Shown one piece after another: positions 1-11,045 of a DNA stretch of 64,000 bases. Below the pieces are notes generated by a model. That model was not told the origin of the DNA. It did not search any database and was given only the letters and a program-made list of their open reading frames with translations. A program made the translations under genes and the position numbers. Origin of the DNA: a virus; IMG/VR virus record IMGVR_UViG_3300005253_000004, positions 32,001 to 96,000 of that record. One strand, 5' to 3'. Numbering within the stretch: the first letter of the stretch is position 1; every line of letters starts with the position of its first letter.

Positions 1-493
1 AACCCCCCACTGTAGAAATTACCTTGCGAGTAATAAAGGTCATATCCCCCCTCGGCGACGATGCAAATATTGGGGTAGCGTTCATAGTCTTCTTCATGTA
101 CTCAGTAAAAGACGGCACTGTCTCCGGTATCTCTTTGTCTTGGACCCGAGCCCAGTGATGGACATCCATGAGAGAGGCTGCGGCCTCATAGCATTCGAAC
201 CAGTTCTTCTCTGTAGGTACGAGGTCATCTTCGATTATACAGCTAAAATGGTGTTGCCGCATGAGGTACAAGCAGCGGGTTTTATTACCACCAACCCCCA
301 TGTTCGGACCTCGGTAGTAGTGAACACCGGGAAACTCTCTGGTAACGAACTGCGGTGTAGAGTCAGTGCTACCATCATCTACCACGAACACGTCCGTGCC
401 ATTAGGAACCGTAGAGAGCACACCTTGAATCACCTCATCAATGTGTTCAACTCGGTTGTACGTGCTGATCGCTACTGCTCTAGTTGTCGTCAT
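1..493 (-). CDS. GT2-family glycosyltransferase (partial, runs off left edge)
   Basis: Not in ORF track; manual translation MTTTRAVAISTYNRVEHIDEVIQGVLSTVPNGTDVFVVDDGSTD...CIIEDDL has the GT-A signature (TYN, VVDDGSTD, EDD). Confidence 0.85.
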   Translation of the reverse strand, partial: MTTTRAVAISTYNRVEHIDEVIQGVLSTVPNGTDVFVVDDGSTDSTPQFVTREFPGVHYYRGPNMGVGGNKTRCLYLMRQHHFSCIIEDDLVPTEKNWFECYEAAASLMDVHHWARVQDKEIPETVPSFTEYMKKTMNATPIFASSPRGDMTFITRKVISTVGG

Positions 494-983
494 GTTCCCC
501 CTCGTCTCCCCCTTCGTCAGTGGCGACCGGCTTGCGGATTGCGGCTCGCCAGCGGGTGTCGTGATCGCCATTGCCATAGCAAGCGTACCCTACGCCCTTG
601 TTACACGTAGGGCATTCCACGGACCACGAGTTCACGCTCGCTGCTCGCTCGGTTTCGGCCGCGACGGCGAGGCGGCGGGCCTTATCCTGGGGGTGTTCAT
701 CGTTGGTCATGTACGAGAGCGAGCCCTCCACGTATTCCACCAGATCCCCCAGCGCCTCCACCAGCTTCGCGTTCTCTGCGCGGAGGCGGGTAGTCTCTTT
801 CTGCTCATCAAGAAAACTCTCGATTGCGTCAGTCACACTTTCGCCGAGCGCTCCGTTGTTCCCCCGCAGCCGCTCCACCTCGTCGGCAGCTTCACACTGC
901 CAGCACTCGCCGCCCTCCTCGCTCACGCAATTAAACGAGCGGTTGTGGTCTCGCAGCCGCGCAACCAGATCAACCTCGCTCAT
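480..983 (-). CDS. hypothetical protein (coiled coil plus CxxC motifs)
   Basis: 167 aa ORF, GGAG RBS, overlaps neighbours. Confidence 0.7.
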   Translation of the reverse strand: MSEVDLVARLRDHNRSFNCVSEEGGECWQCEAADEVERLRGNNGALGESVTDAIESFLDEQKETTRLRAENAKLVEALGDLVEYVEGSLSYMTNDEHPQDKARRLAVAAETERAASVNSWSVECPTCNKGVGYACYGNGDHDTRWRAAIRKPVATDEGGDEGEHDDN

Positions 984-1149
984 CGTCTCCCTCCTCTACC
1001 TCTATTGTATCCATATCTTCGCACTGATTCGTTAAGTATCGAAGAGCCGAGCCTACTACCTGCAGTGCCTCTTTGATATTATTGAACTTCCCTGGTGCCG
1101 CGTACTGAAAGGCACTCTCAATCTGTTTGGTCAGGTCTTCTTGAGTCAA
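970..1149 (-). CDS. small hypothetical protein (59 aa)
   Basis: Manual: TTG start overlapping upstream stop, [28 protein letters not shown]... Confidence 0.55.
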   Translation of the reverse strand: MTQEDLTKQIESAFQYAAPGKFNNIKEALQVVGSALRYLTNQCEDMDTIEVEEGDDERG

Positions 1150-4100
1150 AACAGGTCTCCTATGATACTATTCCAGTTCTTCAGGTACTCCGTCGAGTCA
1201 GCCGATTCTGCTGCTGTCTTGAAGCCAGCCTCCACCAGAGTTTGTTTGTATTCTGTCTCTTGGTAGAGCGTATCAACGCACTTCGTAAGACCTTCAACGT
1301 CGCCTACCTTAGCGAGGAGACAGTTCTTTCCATCCTTCAAGAACTCGGCCCCGGTGTCGGTGGACACAATAGCGCATGCGCTGGACATAGCCTCCAACGT
1401 CATGCGCCCTAGCCCCTCGGTGTGAGACGCAATGATCCAGATGTCTACCTGCGCCATGATTTTAGCCATCTCTTCCCTGCTCGGGCTGAGTACGTAGTTC
1501 AACCAATCAGGTTTATTCTTAGCAAACTCGGGTACCTCACCTACACCCACCAACTGGAGTTTACTGGGGTACTTACGAGCCATAGCTTCCATAACTTGAA
1601 GCGCCTCAGTAGTTCCCTTGAGAGGATGCTGGTGGATCAGCGTTCCTATGGTGAGGCCAACCTCTTTGTCTCCGAATCTCCGACGGTTCGCTGTTGCACT
1701 GAACAGTTCATGCCCGTAGTGGTACCACCCTACCCGCTTGGCGTTCTTATGTGTCTTATACTCCCACCCCTCAGTCACCGTCTCACACGCTTCCTTCAAC
1801 CACTGCGTGCTTGTGGCTATGGCGTCCCACTCAAGGTTCAATGAGTCAGTTTCTAGTGACTGGAACCTAGGGTTGTGTGACAGCTTGAGCATGACCTTCT
1901 TCTGGATTTGCGACATCTCAAGGAATTCCTTGTTGTGCTCGTTGTCTGAATTTGAGATCAACAAGTCACAAGGCGGGATGTTCTGCCAGTCTACACGCAG
2001 CGGTACCTCACAGCTCTTCTGAATGCTCGGGGAGATATCGGTGTAGATAGAGTAGAGACACACATTGTGCCCTGCTTTTTGGAGCATATTGGCCGTGTTC
2101 AGGATGGTGGTGGGCCCACCATGCTTCCGTAGGTGAGGGGTGATGATTGCAATCTTCTTTGATTCTACCCTGAGGTCTAACTTCTTCTCTAGCAGCTTGA
2201 TGAAGTTGAGTACTCCCTGTTGCCTAGTCAGCTTTTGAACTGTCTTCTGCCCTGCTTCCCTGAGCTGGGCTAACCGCTTCGGCTCGTTGAACAAAAGGTT
2301 GTAAATCCTCTCTGCCATGACCTCAGGTACTGTCTTGTTGTTAAGGATGATAGCGTCAAGGTCGTGTGTTGCGTACTCCCTGATACCCTTGTTGTCCCAA
2401 CACACCGGTACCGCACCAGAGGCCATCGCCTCTAGGGATGGTAGCCCATAGCTGTGGTTCCTTGCGGGGTCAACGTAGATGTCTACCTCTGTCCCTAGAA
2501 CCTTAGCGAATCTCGTCTGAGGTAGGATGCCTAGCCCTATAATGTAGGGAGCGCCTTGCACTGAGTCGACTCCGTTAGCCAGAATCCGGACCTCCTTCTT
2601 ATTCTCTTTACAGAGCCTATGTATGTGACTACACAGTTCGACACCACGGTCATGACCCTTGAAGGGGTACACCTGATTGCCTAGAGATACCAGCACAGTA
2701 AGACGTTCGTCGCCCTCTTCTCTACCTTTGGGGAAGAACATCAGTTCGTCATACCCAGGGTTGATGGTGCCGTGTACCTTGTGAGACTTAGCCATCTTCT
2801 TCGCTGTCCACTTGCTGTTGGTAAAGGTGAAGTCAGCCAGCTTGTTAGCGTTCCTGATGGCGTCCTTTAACTGCTTGGAGGGTGCGATAGAGAGGTCGTC
2901 ACTCTGTGAGAAATGGATCGAGGTCAGCTTAGAGTTCCCGTGTGTCACCGCAGCTACCAGAGGCATCAGCTCTCCAGTACCAGCCACCACGATACCTTCC
3001 TTAAACACTCGGTCGTGGAAGTTGTTGACGAAGTCAGGTGTGCCTTCAAATACGATGGGTTCTGTTCGCAGTGAAGGCAACACGTTCTTCTTCATTTTAG
3101 GGTCCCTTTTAACATGAACGATCTTAGCCTCTACTCCTACCTCATTGAGGTGGTTGACGATGTCTGTAATCACCTTCATACCACCACAGTTCTCCGTGCT
3201 GTACACCACGAAGCAGATACGGTACGGCGGGTTCTCCTTCTTGATGATGTCTTCAGCGACAGGCGTCCTTAAGGTTGCTAAGGACTTACGGATGTCAAAG
3301 GACTGTTCCCAAACCTTGAACCCAGGCCAGATACTATGAAACCGGGCTGCCCCTGCTTTCCGGAACCCCATGTGTTCTTCCGCGCCCATCACACTGAACG
3401 AGGTTCCCCTCTCATGGAAGATGTAAGTGTCATCTGCGAGTACTGACTTCCAATTCGTCACCGCGCCTTTATGGACCCTAGTGATAGTTCTCATCCAATA
3501 ATCTGACTCCTCGCCGTAGGACACGTACCCCTCATCGAAGGTACCTATGTCATTCACTAGAGAGCGGGGTATGAAGAAGCAAAAGCCTGTGGGCATGACC
3601 TCCGGGTAGGAATGAGAAGACAGCTTCTCAAAGGCCCGGTTCATATCGTTGTAGTCGTAGCCCTCTTGGAGAGGGATATTGATGAGGGCGGTGTTGTTGG
3701 TGCAAGGGTTGATGATCTTGTTATGTTCTGGATCTGTCTCCATCGCCACCACCAGCTTGAAGAGCCAGCCCTTCGTGACCAGCACGTCTGAGTTGAGGAC
3801 GCAGATGTAGTCGTTCTCCCCTGCCTCGATGCCTCGGTTGACCGTAGCGGCAAAGCCTCGGTTCCTCTTGTTGAAGAGAACGGTGTGGTTGGGGTGCTCC
3901 GTAGCCCACTCCTTGAGCCATGTAGTGGTGCCCTTGTCAGGCGAGGCGTCGTCAACGAGGATGAGTTTGTAAGGCCAGCCTGTACGCTGGGCAATGGAAG
4001 CAAGACAAGGAGCTAAGACGTGGAGTCCACCGTACACCGGGATCACGATATCTACTGGCTTGACTCCCTTATACAGAATGTTAGAGAATGCCTTCATCTT

Positions 4101-4277
4101 GTTCTTGTTCGACTTCACCAAGGCGCTGTTAGCACCCAACACCTGATTACCTAGAGCCTGGATCTGTGACTGAAGCTCCTTGGGTACTGCCTGCATCTCC
4201 TCATCAAGCGAGGACACGAAGGCATCCACCTCCTCTTTAGTCTTACCTCTCCAGTTACCCTTCTTATCAAACGCCAT
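1146..4277 (-). CDS. multidomain glycosyltransferase (GT2 plus two GT4/GT-B modules)
   Basis: VIPVY, LVDDAS, NRGFA, LNSD (GT2); [13 protein letters not shown] and [13 protein letters not shown] (two GT4 C-terminal motifs); start re-called at MAFDKK with AAGGAG RBS. Confidence 0.9.
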   Translation of the reverse strand: MAFDKKGNWRGKTKEEVDAFVSSLDEEMQAVPKELQSQIQALGNQVLGANSALVKSNKNKMKAFSNILYKGVKPVDIVIPVYGGLHVLAPCLASIAQRTGWPYKLILVDDASPDKGTTTWLKEWATEHPNHTVLFNKRNRGFAATVNRGIEAGENDYICVLNSDVLVTKGWLFKLVVAMETDPEHNKIINPCTNNTALINIPLQEGYDYNDMNRAFEKLSSHSYPEVMPTGFCFFIPRSLVNDIGTFDEGYVSYGEESDYWMRTITRVHKGAVTNWKSVLADDTYIFHERGTSFSVMGAEEHMGFRKAGAARFHSIWPGFKVWEQSFDIRKSLATLRTPVAEDIIKKENPPYRICFVVYSTENCGGMKVITDIVNHLNEVGVEAKIVHVKRDPKMKKNVLPSLRTEPIVFEGTPDFVNNFHDRVFKEGIVVAGTGELMPLVAAVTHGNSKLTSIHFSQSDDLSIAPSKQLKDAIRNANKLADFTFTNSKWTAKKMAKSHKVHGTINPGYDELMFFPKGREEGDERLTVLVSLGNQVYPFKGHDRGVELCSHIHRLCKENKKEVRILANGVDSVQGAPYIIGLGILPQTRFAKVLGTEVDIYVDPARNHSYGLPSLEAMASGAVPVCWDNKGIREYATHDLDAIILNNKTVPEVMAERIYNLLFNEPKRLAQLREAGQKTVQKLTRQQGVLNFIKLLEKKLDLRVESKKIAIITPHLRKHGGPTTILNTANMLQKAGHNVCLYSIYTDISPSIQKSCEVPLRVDWQNIPPCDLLISNSDNEHNKEFLEMSQIQKKVMLKLSHNPRFQSLETDSLNLEWDAIATSTQWLKEACETVTEGWEYKTHKNAKRVGWYHYGHELFSATANRRRFGDKEVGLTIGTLIHQHPLKGTTEALQVMEAMARKYPSKLQLVGVGEVPEFAKNKPDWLNYVLSPSREEMAKIMAQVDIWIIASHTEGLGRMTLEAMSSACAIVSTDTGAEFLKDGKNCLLAKVGDVEGLTKCVDTLYQETEYKQTLVEAGFKTAAESADSTEYLKNWNSIIGDLF

Positions 4278-4629
4278 ACTGCTCCTTAATCCGCTTGTCT
4301 TCTTCAGAGAGCACCGGCATCTCGGCGGTGGCGTTGCTCTGCCTTTCCTCTTCCTCCATCCGGGCCTCCTCTGCCCTGAGAGCAGCGTACCCCAAACCAT
4401 CCCGGTAGTCGTCGTACTTGTACGCGCCCTGGACTGAACGGCACTTTTTGAGGACTTCCATAAACAGCCAGCCGTCACAGTTCGACAGCTTGTGCCCTGT
4501 GATGGCATTGAACGCCGTCACACAGCGGGGGATGGTACGCTCCCCGTCGGGCTGGTCTCGCTCTTCACCCCTCTGGATGATAGTCTTCTTGGCGTCGTCA
4601 AATACAAACTCGATATGTTTTTGTCCCAT
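4267..4629 (-). CDS. DUF6378-like phage protein
   Basis: RG...M..LK..R......[12 protein letters not shown] pattern. Confidence 0.7.
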   Translation of the reverse strand: MGQKHIEFVFDDAKKTIIQRGEERDQPDGERTIPRCVTAFNAITGHKLSNCDGWLFMEVLKKCRSVQGAYKYDDYRDGLGYAALRAEEARMEEEERQSNATAEMPVLSEEDKRIKEQYGV

Positions 4630-4638
4630 GCTCCCTCC

Positions 4639-5769
4639 TTAAACGTATGTGCCGCCTTGTGTCATGATAGGCTTCGGAGGCACCCATCCATCCTGGCGGG
4701 CCATCCTGTAAACCTCAGCCAAGGTTAGTGCTTTAGTAATGTGAGTTTCCTTACCCTTACCCTCACCCTCGGCCAGCTTAGAGTACAACGTATTTGCTTC
4801 TTTGGCACTAAGCGCATCGAATACGAGGTGCTGACACATCCGTCCAGGGCGGACAATCGCATCGTCGAGTTCCATCGTACCCGCGTTGGTCGTGGCTACG
4901 ATTCTGATGTCCATCATCTCACCAAGGAGGCCGTCTCCGAGGTTCAGCAACCCGCTGAGCTGACTCATTCCCGATGACTTCCTATTAGAGAGAGCCACGT
5001 CTGCATCTTCAAGAATGAATGTAATCGGCTTACCCTGGTCACGCCCGGTGCTCATCAGAATCGGCAGGATGGAGGGCCCAGACAGATCGGCGATCATATT
5101 GGAGCCAACGATAATGAAAGTAGACTCAACCGTAGACACCAAAGATCTAATCATGTAACTCTTACCCGTACCCGGTGCCCCTTGAAACAGCACAAGCCTA
5201 CCACAAGGCGTCTTAGTAGCGAGACACGCCTTCACATGCTCAAACCCTTTAATGACATTAGCCGAGTAGTTACAGGTGAGTATCTCTTGACTGAACTGTC
5301 CAAGAGCTGAAAGCCCCAAGCCGTTAGGGGTGCTAACCAGAGCAAGCACAGCATTCGAGGGAGGCGAGGTCTGGATCAAGCCCTTAAACTTGTCCTTGAT
5401 CTTATCGAATGTTTCCTGCTGGGTTGTCACCAGATCAAACTCGATGTGGTTCTTCTTATTTTTATCCTTGAACTTATGGATAAGCGCAGACAGATAAGAA
5501 GCATCGTCAACAAAGACGTATTGATTCTCGCTGTCGTTTTCTTGGAACGAGATGTGGGGTCCAAACAACGCAGTCAGTTGCTTAAGTGTCTCTTCTTTGT
5601 CTCCCCTACCCTCATGCATATACCTAAGTACTGGGGTTTCTCTCTTAAGGGCAGCATCCATCATAGCCTGATACTGAAAAAGAGATTCCATCCCGTACAT
5701 CTCCCGGGATACCTGCAGTCTTTTGTCAAGCTTCCCCAAGAGGGCTTTATCCACCGTGGTTTTACTCAT
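4639..5769 (-). CDS. AAA+ ATPase
   Basis: Walker A GAPGTGKS, Walker B FILEDAD, ATTN, second region of homology DDAIVRPGR. Confidence 0.9.
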   Translation of the reverse strand: MSKTTVDKALLGKLDKRLQVSREMYGMESLFQYQAMMDAALKRETPVLRYMHEGRGDKEETLKQLTALFGPHISFQENDSENQYVFVDDASYLSALIHKFKDKNKKNHIEFDLVTTQQETFDKIKDKFKGLIQTSPPSNAVLALVSTPNGLGLSALGQFSQEILTCNYSANVIKGFEHVKACLATKTPCGRLVLFQGAPGTGKSYMIRSLVSTVESTFIIVGSNMIADLSGPSILPILMSTGRDQGKPITFILEDADVALSNRKSSGMSQLSGLLNLGDGLLGEMMDIRIVATTNAGTMELDDAIVRPGRMCQHLVFDALSAKEANTLYSKLAEGEGKGKETHITKALTLAEVYRMARQDGWVPPKPIMTQGGTYV

Positions 5770-5787
5770 TCTCTCTCCTTAACCTCA

Positions 5788-5816
5788 ATTATAGCTTTTA
5801 TTTCAAACTTTTGCAA
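5788..5816 (-). promoter_or_regulatory. conserved phage promoter copy 1 (TTGCAA-N17-TATAAT)
   Basis: Minus strand TTGCAA AAGTTTGAAATAAAAGC TATAAT; near-identical copies at 15421, 23777, 57731. Confidence 0.85.
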
Positions 5817-5829
5817 CCCCGTCTGCGGG

Positions 5830-6150
5830 TCAAGAATCGTCGTATTCAATCTTTCTGATGGACCCATCAGTGAAGTCAATCAGCTCTCCGTCCTTGTAGT
5901 GGCGTTCCAGCACCTCAGCGAAGCAGGAAATATGAACCCTCCACTGCCCTGTTAACAGGAGATGCATGCCTGTATCAAAACCCACGAACTTCTTACAGGT
6001 GGCACAGCGAGGAGGCAACTTCTTCCGGGTATGGAGGGCCTTATCCTCTCCCATATGCCCAGACCCTGTCAATACTCTAAGGTCATCCTCAGTCTCATAG
6101 GCAGGAGTCTCATCCTCAGGCGTTATGAACCACTCCCTCCAGTTCCTCAT
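5830..6150 (-). CDS. hypothetical zinc-binding protein
   Basis: CxxC...HxxC; ATGA overlap with upstream gene. Confidence 0.65.
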   Translation of the reverse strand: MRNWREWFITPEDETPAYETEDDLRVLTGSGHMGEDKALHTRKKLPPRCATCKKFVGFDTGMHLLLTGQWRVHISCFAEVLERHYKDGELIDFTDGSIRKIEYDDS

Positions 6151-6566
6151 GGCCCGATTCGGTTGTTGAGCAAGACGATATGGTCGTACGCTTCCTGCAT
6201 GTTTCGGAAGATTTTATGAGAATGGTAGTGGCACCATGCGCTCAAGCGCATGCCTTCGGGAGCTACTACAACTACGTGTTTGTCCTTCATCCAAGCCAAT
6301 AAAATCTCCATGCTAGTCCCTACACTTATCTTCGTGTAGTTAACCAAGAGCACATCCGCTGCTTCGATGTCGAGCTTGTCTGCTTCAACAAGATCAGGCA
6401 ACACACTTTCTGGATCACTTCCGTAATCCTCAGACCTGTAAACCCTATCCGTTGGGTCGAGACATCTAATCCCAGCGTCGTTCAGATAACTCTTTGCATC
6501 CTCCCTCCACGTATTCATTTCTTCTTCAGTATAGCCGTCCATGGGTCCGCATAAATAGACTCTCAT
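6147..6566 (-). CDS. nucleoside 2-deoxyribosyltransferase-like / nucleotide N-hydrolase
   Basis: VYLCGPM, D..DI...D, SVGTSMEI motifs; start re-called. Confidence 0.85.
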   Translation of the reverse strand: MRVYLCGPMDGYTEEEMNTWREDAKSYLNDAGIRCLDPTDRVYRSEDYGSDPESVLPDLVEADKLDIEAADVLLVNYTKISVGTSMEILLAWMKDKHVVVVAPEGMRLSAWCHYHSHKIFRNMQEAYDHIVLLNNRIGP

Positions 6567-6579
6567 TTTAGTAGCCTCC

Positions 6580-7323
6580 TCAAATGCTGGCATCCTTTTC
6601 GTACCTCGATGCCGCTACTGTGTGGTACCTTCCACAATCTACACATTGAAACTGAATCTTTCTGTGCCCTTGTGCAGTCCGCCTACGTTTCGATACTGTT
6701 GTGTTTTCGTTACCACACTCAGGACAATCACTAACGAAGTCAGCGTAATGGCTCTTCGACTTCAGATAAGGTTTCATTTTAGCGAAGACCTCACTCTGAC
6801 TAATCACGTCGCCGTCACAATACGTTATCATGTCAACTAAAGCTGCTTTATCTTTGTTGAAAACAACGTCAACCCACAACTTTGAGCCACCTGTCTCTCT
6901 CTTCTTGGAGACACCAAGGTATTTGCTGATGTAATCAAGCGATGCACTGTCAAATCGAAATAGTTTCTTCGCTTCCTTGTATGTGTCGTAGGCTATAAAG
7001 TCTGGAGACATAGCGAGTCCGTGCTTGATAGCCCGTGTCCTAATCCACTTCAAATCAAACGAGTCTGAATTATGCCCGCAAATCTCATCAGCCTCTTGAA
7101 GTACTTTGATAAACTTCTTGATCATCACTTTATCATTCTGTTTACCATCCCACTGTAGGTGGTGAACTTTCTTATTATCCTCCCACTTCCAACTGACACA
7201 GATCATAGCTGGTTCTTTCAACTGATTCTTATACGACAGATTAATGTTATGACCGGGGCGCCACGCCCAAAATAAACCCGGAGCAACTTCGATATCATAA
7301 AACAATCTCTTTATACGTCTCAT
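6580..7323 (-). CDS. DnaQ/RNase H-like 3'-5' exonuclease with C-terminal zinc ribbon
   Basis: YDIE, GHNSDSFD, YCDGDV; CPEC...CVDC. Confidence 0.85.
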   Translation of the reverse strand: MRRIKRLFYDIEVAPGLFWAWRPGHNINLSYKNQLKEPAMICVSWKWEDNKKVHHLQWDGKQNDKVMIKKFIKVLQEADEICGHNSDSFDLKWIRTRAIKHGLAMSPDFIAYDTYKEAKKLFRFDSASLDYISKYLGVSKKRETGGSKLWVDVVFNKDKAALVDMITYCDGDVISQSEVFAKMKPYLKSKSHYADFVSDCPECGNENTTVSKRRRTAQGHRKIQFQCVDCGRYHTVAASRYEKDASI

Positions 7324-7925
7324 TTGTCCTCCTTATTCAAAATCTTCTGGGCGGGCCACGTTTCGAGGTAACACGCTGCTTTCCTTAAATGCTCAATGTT
7401 ATCTTTAAACTTACCGAGGGCACGATTGCATTGACCACAGAGCAGGCCGCGTATCCTGCCTCGTCGTTCTCTAGGATTACGTTTCTTCTCTCCTTTAGAA
7501 TGTAGATGGTCTACAGCTAGTCTGCGTTGGCCTTGTAAAGGCGTTTTACTACAAATCCAACAGCCACCACCTTGTGCTTCTAGTATTGCATCATACTCCG
7601 GTACTGTTATTCCAAAGTTACGATTAAGGTTATAGTCTCTTTGTTTGAAACCTGCATTGCCTTTAGTAAGAGCAGCGAGTTCTACTTTACAAGAGTTACA
7701 TCTTCCTTCGCACGGTTGCGGGCTCTTAACTTTTGTTTCATCTGTTAATTCTATATCACATCTAATACAATGTGACTTGCATCTAAGACAGAGATACTCA
7801 ATCACTCCTTTCGCTTTGTAGAACACCTTCTTACATCTTCGACATTTTCTGTTGCCAGCCCGTTCACGCTTAGACTTATTAACCTTAGCGATATGAACTT
7901 TAGTGCATTTAGACCCCTTAAGCAC
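7320..7925 (-). CDS. endonuclease VII-family nuclease
   Basis: FGIT..EY..L..Q...CWIC, LAVDH, RGLLCGQCNRALG. Confidence 0.9.
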   Translation of the reverse strand: MLKGSKCTKVHIAKVNKSKRERAGNRKCRRCKKVFYKAKGVIEYLCLRCKSHCIRCDIELTDETKVKSPQPCEGRCNSCKVELAALTKGNAGFKQRDYNLNRNFGITVPEYDAILEAQGGGCWICSKTPLQGQRRLAVDHLHSKGEKKRNPRERRGRIRGLLCGQCNRALGKFKDNIEHLRKAACYLETWPAQKILNKEDK

Positions 7926-8385
7926 AAGGCACCACCTTCACAAGGTTCTCACTAAGGCACTCACCGAACCGCTGTACAAACCAGCCGAAATCTGAGAACC
8001 CTACAACCTCGCTCCCGTCAGCGTCAAACTTAGAATCAGTGCCTCCGAACGCACCAACAAACGCACCAAAGTCTGCGAAACCTACGATCCCGTCATCATC
8101 GAAGTCTGCGTCCCACACCCACCGTACCTCCAGCTTCTCCCCCGGCTCAGACTCACTGGCCTCGTTTCTAGCGGTGTAGTAATAATCTGATTTAGTATGG
8201 CACCCGTCCCCTCGGTCACAGACATAGGCCAGAGGGTCGTCGTTTCTGCACACCTTTATGATATTGTCAGGGTGTACCAGTGTAGTGTCGTACGCATCGT
8301 TAGTGTACAGATCGTACTCCGTAGCGTTATCCACCAGCGGTAGCATGATTAACGCGCACAGAGTGTAGGCAAGCTCAACAATCAT
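7918..8385 (-). CDS. secreted protein with paired EF-hand/dockerin-like Ca-binding repeats
   Basis: Hydrophobic N-terminus; DFDDDGIVGFADF and DADGSEVVGFSDF repeats. Confidence 0.7.
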   Translation of the reverse strand: MIVELAYTLCALIMLPLVDNATEYDLYTNDAYDTTLVHPDNIIKVCRNDDPLAYVCDRGDGCHTKSDYYYTARNEASESEPGEKLEVRWVWDADFDDDGIVGFADFGAFVGAFGGTDSKFDADGSEVVGFSDFGWFVQRFGECLSENLVKVVPCA

Positions 8386-8660
8386 CTTGGTGTCTTCTCA
8401 TTGAAACACACATCAACTAAGTAGCGAACGCCCATAGCAGCAAGCTGCGTCGCTTCTTTCTCTTCATCACCTGTCTCTTCTTTATGAGGCCAATACGCTG
8501 CATCTCGAAACTCGATGAACTCTTCTTCTATTATCGCTACACCCTCATGGGCAGAGCGGAATGGAGGGAACTCCTCGCAAGCTCTGAGCAACTCAGCCCG
8601 CACATCAGAAAGAGCTATCTCAATTAGTGCCATCTTGTCTTTAGTCATAGTTACTCCCAC
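8382..8660 (-). CDS. MazG-like NTP pyrophosphohydrolase domain protein
   Basis: HEG..IIEEEF.E...EATQLAAM. Confidence 0.7.
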   Translation of the reverse strand: MGVTMTKDKMALIEIALSDVRAELLRACEEFPPFRSAHEGVAIIEEEFIEFRDAAYWPHKEETGDEEKEATQLAAMGVRYLVDVCFNEKTPR

Positions 8661-9241
8661 ACCCCATCAACGATCCCGTATTTCGGCATCTTCATTTTCT
8701 CCACTGGTAGCCACAGCTCATTCAACTTAGAAGGTAGCTCTCGCTTCCAGTAGTTCACTTTCTGATGTGTATGCTCAGCCATTGCTACGGCCCAGCGATC
8801 CCAACACATCTTGTTTGCAGCTACCTGTGCCTCTATTGTGTCGATGTTCTCGTCTGGGCTGTACCCGCCAATCATCTGATGCGCCATGAACAGACAGTTT
8901 CTAGAAGCGAGACGTTTATCTCCAGCTACCAGCAGTAAACCAGCAGCAGAGCATACCTCACCGATGCCAATGGTAATGATCTCGTTAGTACAGGCACGCA
9001 TCGCATCGTAGATAGCGAACATAGAAGACACTGTACCGCCTTCGCTATTGATCATGATGGTGATACCAGCCAAAGGATCGGTAATAGATAGATGCTGCAA
9101 GCTCATGATTACGTTCTCGGCCATCGAATCGTTGATTTCACCAAAGATATAAATGATGCGGTTGTCAAGATCTACCCCCCTGTCGAACATCATGTTCAAC
9201 TTGGCGAGTTCGGTATCAAGCTTAGGGACGCCTTTAGGCAA
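8651..9241 (-). CDS. clpP: ClpP protease subunit
   Basis: RIIYIFGEI, INSEGG, CSAAG (Ser), MAHQ (His), YGIVD. Confidence 0.9.
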   Translation of the reverse strand: MPKGVPKLDTELAKLNMMFDRGVDLDNRIIYIFGEINDSMAENVIMSLQHLSITDPLAGITIMINSEGGTVSSMFAIYDAMRACTNEIITIGIGEVCSAAGLLLVAGDKRLASRNCLFMAHQMIGGYSPDENIDTIEAQVAANKMCWDRWAVAMAEHTHQKVNYWKRELPSKLNELWLPVEKMKMPKYGIVDGVWE

Positions 9242-11045
9242 TGGAGGTTACCCCCTTCTCTTTCACGACATGCACTCGGTCATGTACTAAGTTCACTAAG
9301 TTATCCTCATTGGATATGAGTAGTACCGTTTTACCACCCTCACCACCGGACACTAGATGAGTGGTAATGAAGTTGATGATACGCTCGCAGTTCTCCGGGC
9401 TCTGATACAGGAAGGGCTCATCAAGGATCATGAACGAGGATGCCCCCTCCACCTGTATCCCCGCTAGATCTGAGAGAGCCATGCCCACTGCGAAACTGGT
9501 GAGCTGTTTCTCTGCTCCACTGAATAGTTCGAATACCTTACTGCCTGTGTCCGAGGCTGCGGTCACACAGAACTGGTCACGGGCATCGCCTGACTTCAGC
9601 AGCTTGACCGTACGAAACTTGACCTTGATCTGAGAGTTGTCCAAGTCACGGAGGTACTGGTTCGTCTGCCGCTCAAGGTAGGGGCACACCTGATTGAAGA
9701 TCATTGTCTTCAAGTCAGCACCAAAGGCGTTAGCCCAGAATCTGTAGTGTTCTCTCTCGTCTGCTAGTTTGATAACCCGAAGAGTCGCCTCCTCCTCTAG
9801 GGTCTGTTCTTCTTTCACCTGGGTATCAGCAGCGATGACGAGTTGAGCGAACGGGTTGCCGACGTTGGTGAATAACCTAATCTTCTCTTCCAGTACCGCC
9901 TTCTGGTCTTTAGTCTTGATGGTCGCTTCTAGCCCTTGAATCTCATGGCAGATCGCTATCATGGAGGCAGCGAGGTACTGCTTGGCTTCCTTCTCACCCC
10001 GCTCCGCGAGCAGCTCTTCTCGCTTAACCCTATCGTTCTTCAACGCTTCGGCGTTCAGCTCGACCCGATCTTTCGGTAGTGTCTGCTCACAGCTCGCGCA
10101 TACTTCAGGGCGTGCAGCACGACGGTCGATATCCCCTGTGAGGGTATCGATCTTGTACCCGAGGGAATTGATCGACTGACTCAACGCTCTTTCCAAAACA
10201 ACCTGCTCTTCTAGCGTTCTCGACGGCGTTGAAGGGATCGACTCCATCAGTGTCTCAATCTCCTCCTCGATGTTCTCGGTAATGAAAAGGATCTTATTCA
10301 ACTCCTTCTGTACTTGACTGAGTTCGACTGCGTTGTTAGTGTCCCACCCTGCTTCCTGTGACTGAAGGGTGTGGAGATGAGAGAGAGCGGTTCTCTCTCG
10401 CTCATGAGACATGCATCTCTCTGTCTCTGCTACTTCGACACGTTGCTCCACCAGCCGCAGCTCTTCCTTCGCCTTGTCTTTCCACTTCTCAAGAGAGTTG
10501 AGTGGGAGGATCTCTTCTATCACTGCCTTCTGCTCGCTACCCGGCAGCGCCAGAAAAGACCGCTCCCTCCCTTGCCCAAAGAAGTCCGATTGGATGAATG
10601 TTTTGTGGTCTCGCCCCAACAGTGCATTGATAAGCTCTTGGGTATCCTTCTCGTTCCTCTTGGATAAGTCCTGCCACTCTTCAAGACTAGGATCTCCTAT
10701 CGTACTCCACACAGTACGCAGCGACAGCACCAGAGAGTTAGGCTTGCGCGCCCGGTAGATCCTGTAGAGCTCCCCGTCTGTCCCTTCGAAGTGAAGGGTC
10801 ACGCCGCAGTGCTTGGCGTTCTTGATGCTGGTGTTGATGACATCGTCGGCCTTGATACCACTCACTGTCTTACCGTACATGCCCCAAGAGATACAGTGGT
10901 TAGCTACGCTGGACTTGCCGGCCATGTTCCCGTTGTTCTCATCGTTGCTCCACCCCGTGATCAGCACCAGCCCCTTGTCCTCGAGGTCGAGGTCGATGGT
11001 GCCAATCGAAAACACATTGTGGGCGTGTAAGTTTAGTAGCTTCAT
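9234..11045 (-). CDS. SbcC/Rad50/gp46-like recombination ATPase
   Basis: AGKS P-loop, coiled coil with CASC hook, FSGAEK signature, ILDEP. Confidence 0.9.
   Translation of the reverse strand: MKLLNLHAHNVFSIGTIDLDLEDKGLVLITGWSNDENNGNMAGKSSVANHCISWGMYGKTVSGIKADDVINTSIKNAKHCGVTLHFEGTDGELYRIYRARKPNSLVLSLRTVWSTIGDPSLEEWQDLSKRNEKDTQELINALLGRDHKTFIQSDFFGQGRERSFLALPGSEQKAVIEEILPLNSLEKWKDKAKEELRLVEQRVEVAETERCMSHERERTALSHLHTLQSQEAGWDTNNAVELSQVQKELNKILFITENIEEEIETLMESIPSTPSRTLEEQVVLERALSQSINSLGYKIDTLTGDIDRRAARPEVCASCEQTLPKDRVELNAEALKNDRVKREELLAERGEKEAKQYLAASMIAICHEIQGLEATIKTKDQKAVLEEKIRLFTNVGNPFAQLVIAADTQVKEEQTLEEEATLRVIKLADEREHYRFWANAFGADLKTMIFNQVCPYLERQTNQYLRDLDNSQIKVKFRTVKLLKSGDARDQFCVTAASDTGSKVFELFSGAEKQLTSFAVGMALSDLAGIQVEGASSFMILDEPFLYQSPENCERIINFITTHLVSGGEGGKTVLLISNEDNLVNLVHDRVHVVKEKGVTSIA

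Noticed and set aside
4278-4508. N-terminal 77 aa of the 1120-aa ORF
   Set aside because: Overlaps the DUF6378-like gene; the RBS supports a start at 4277.
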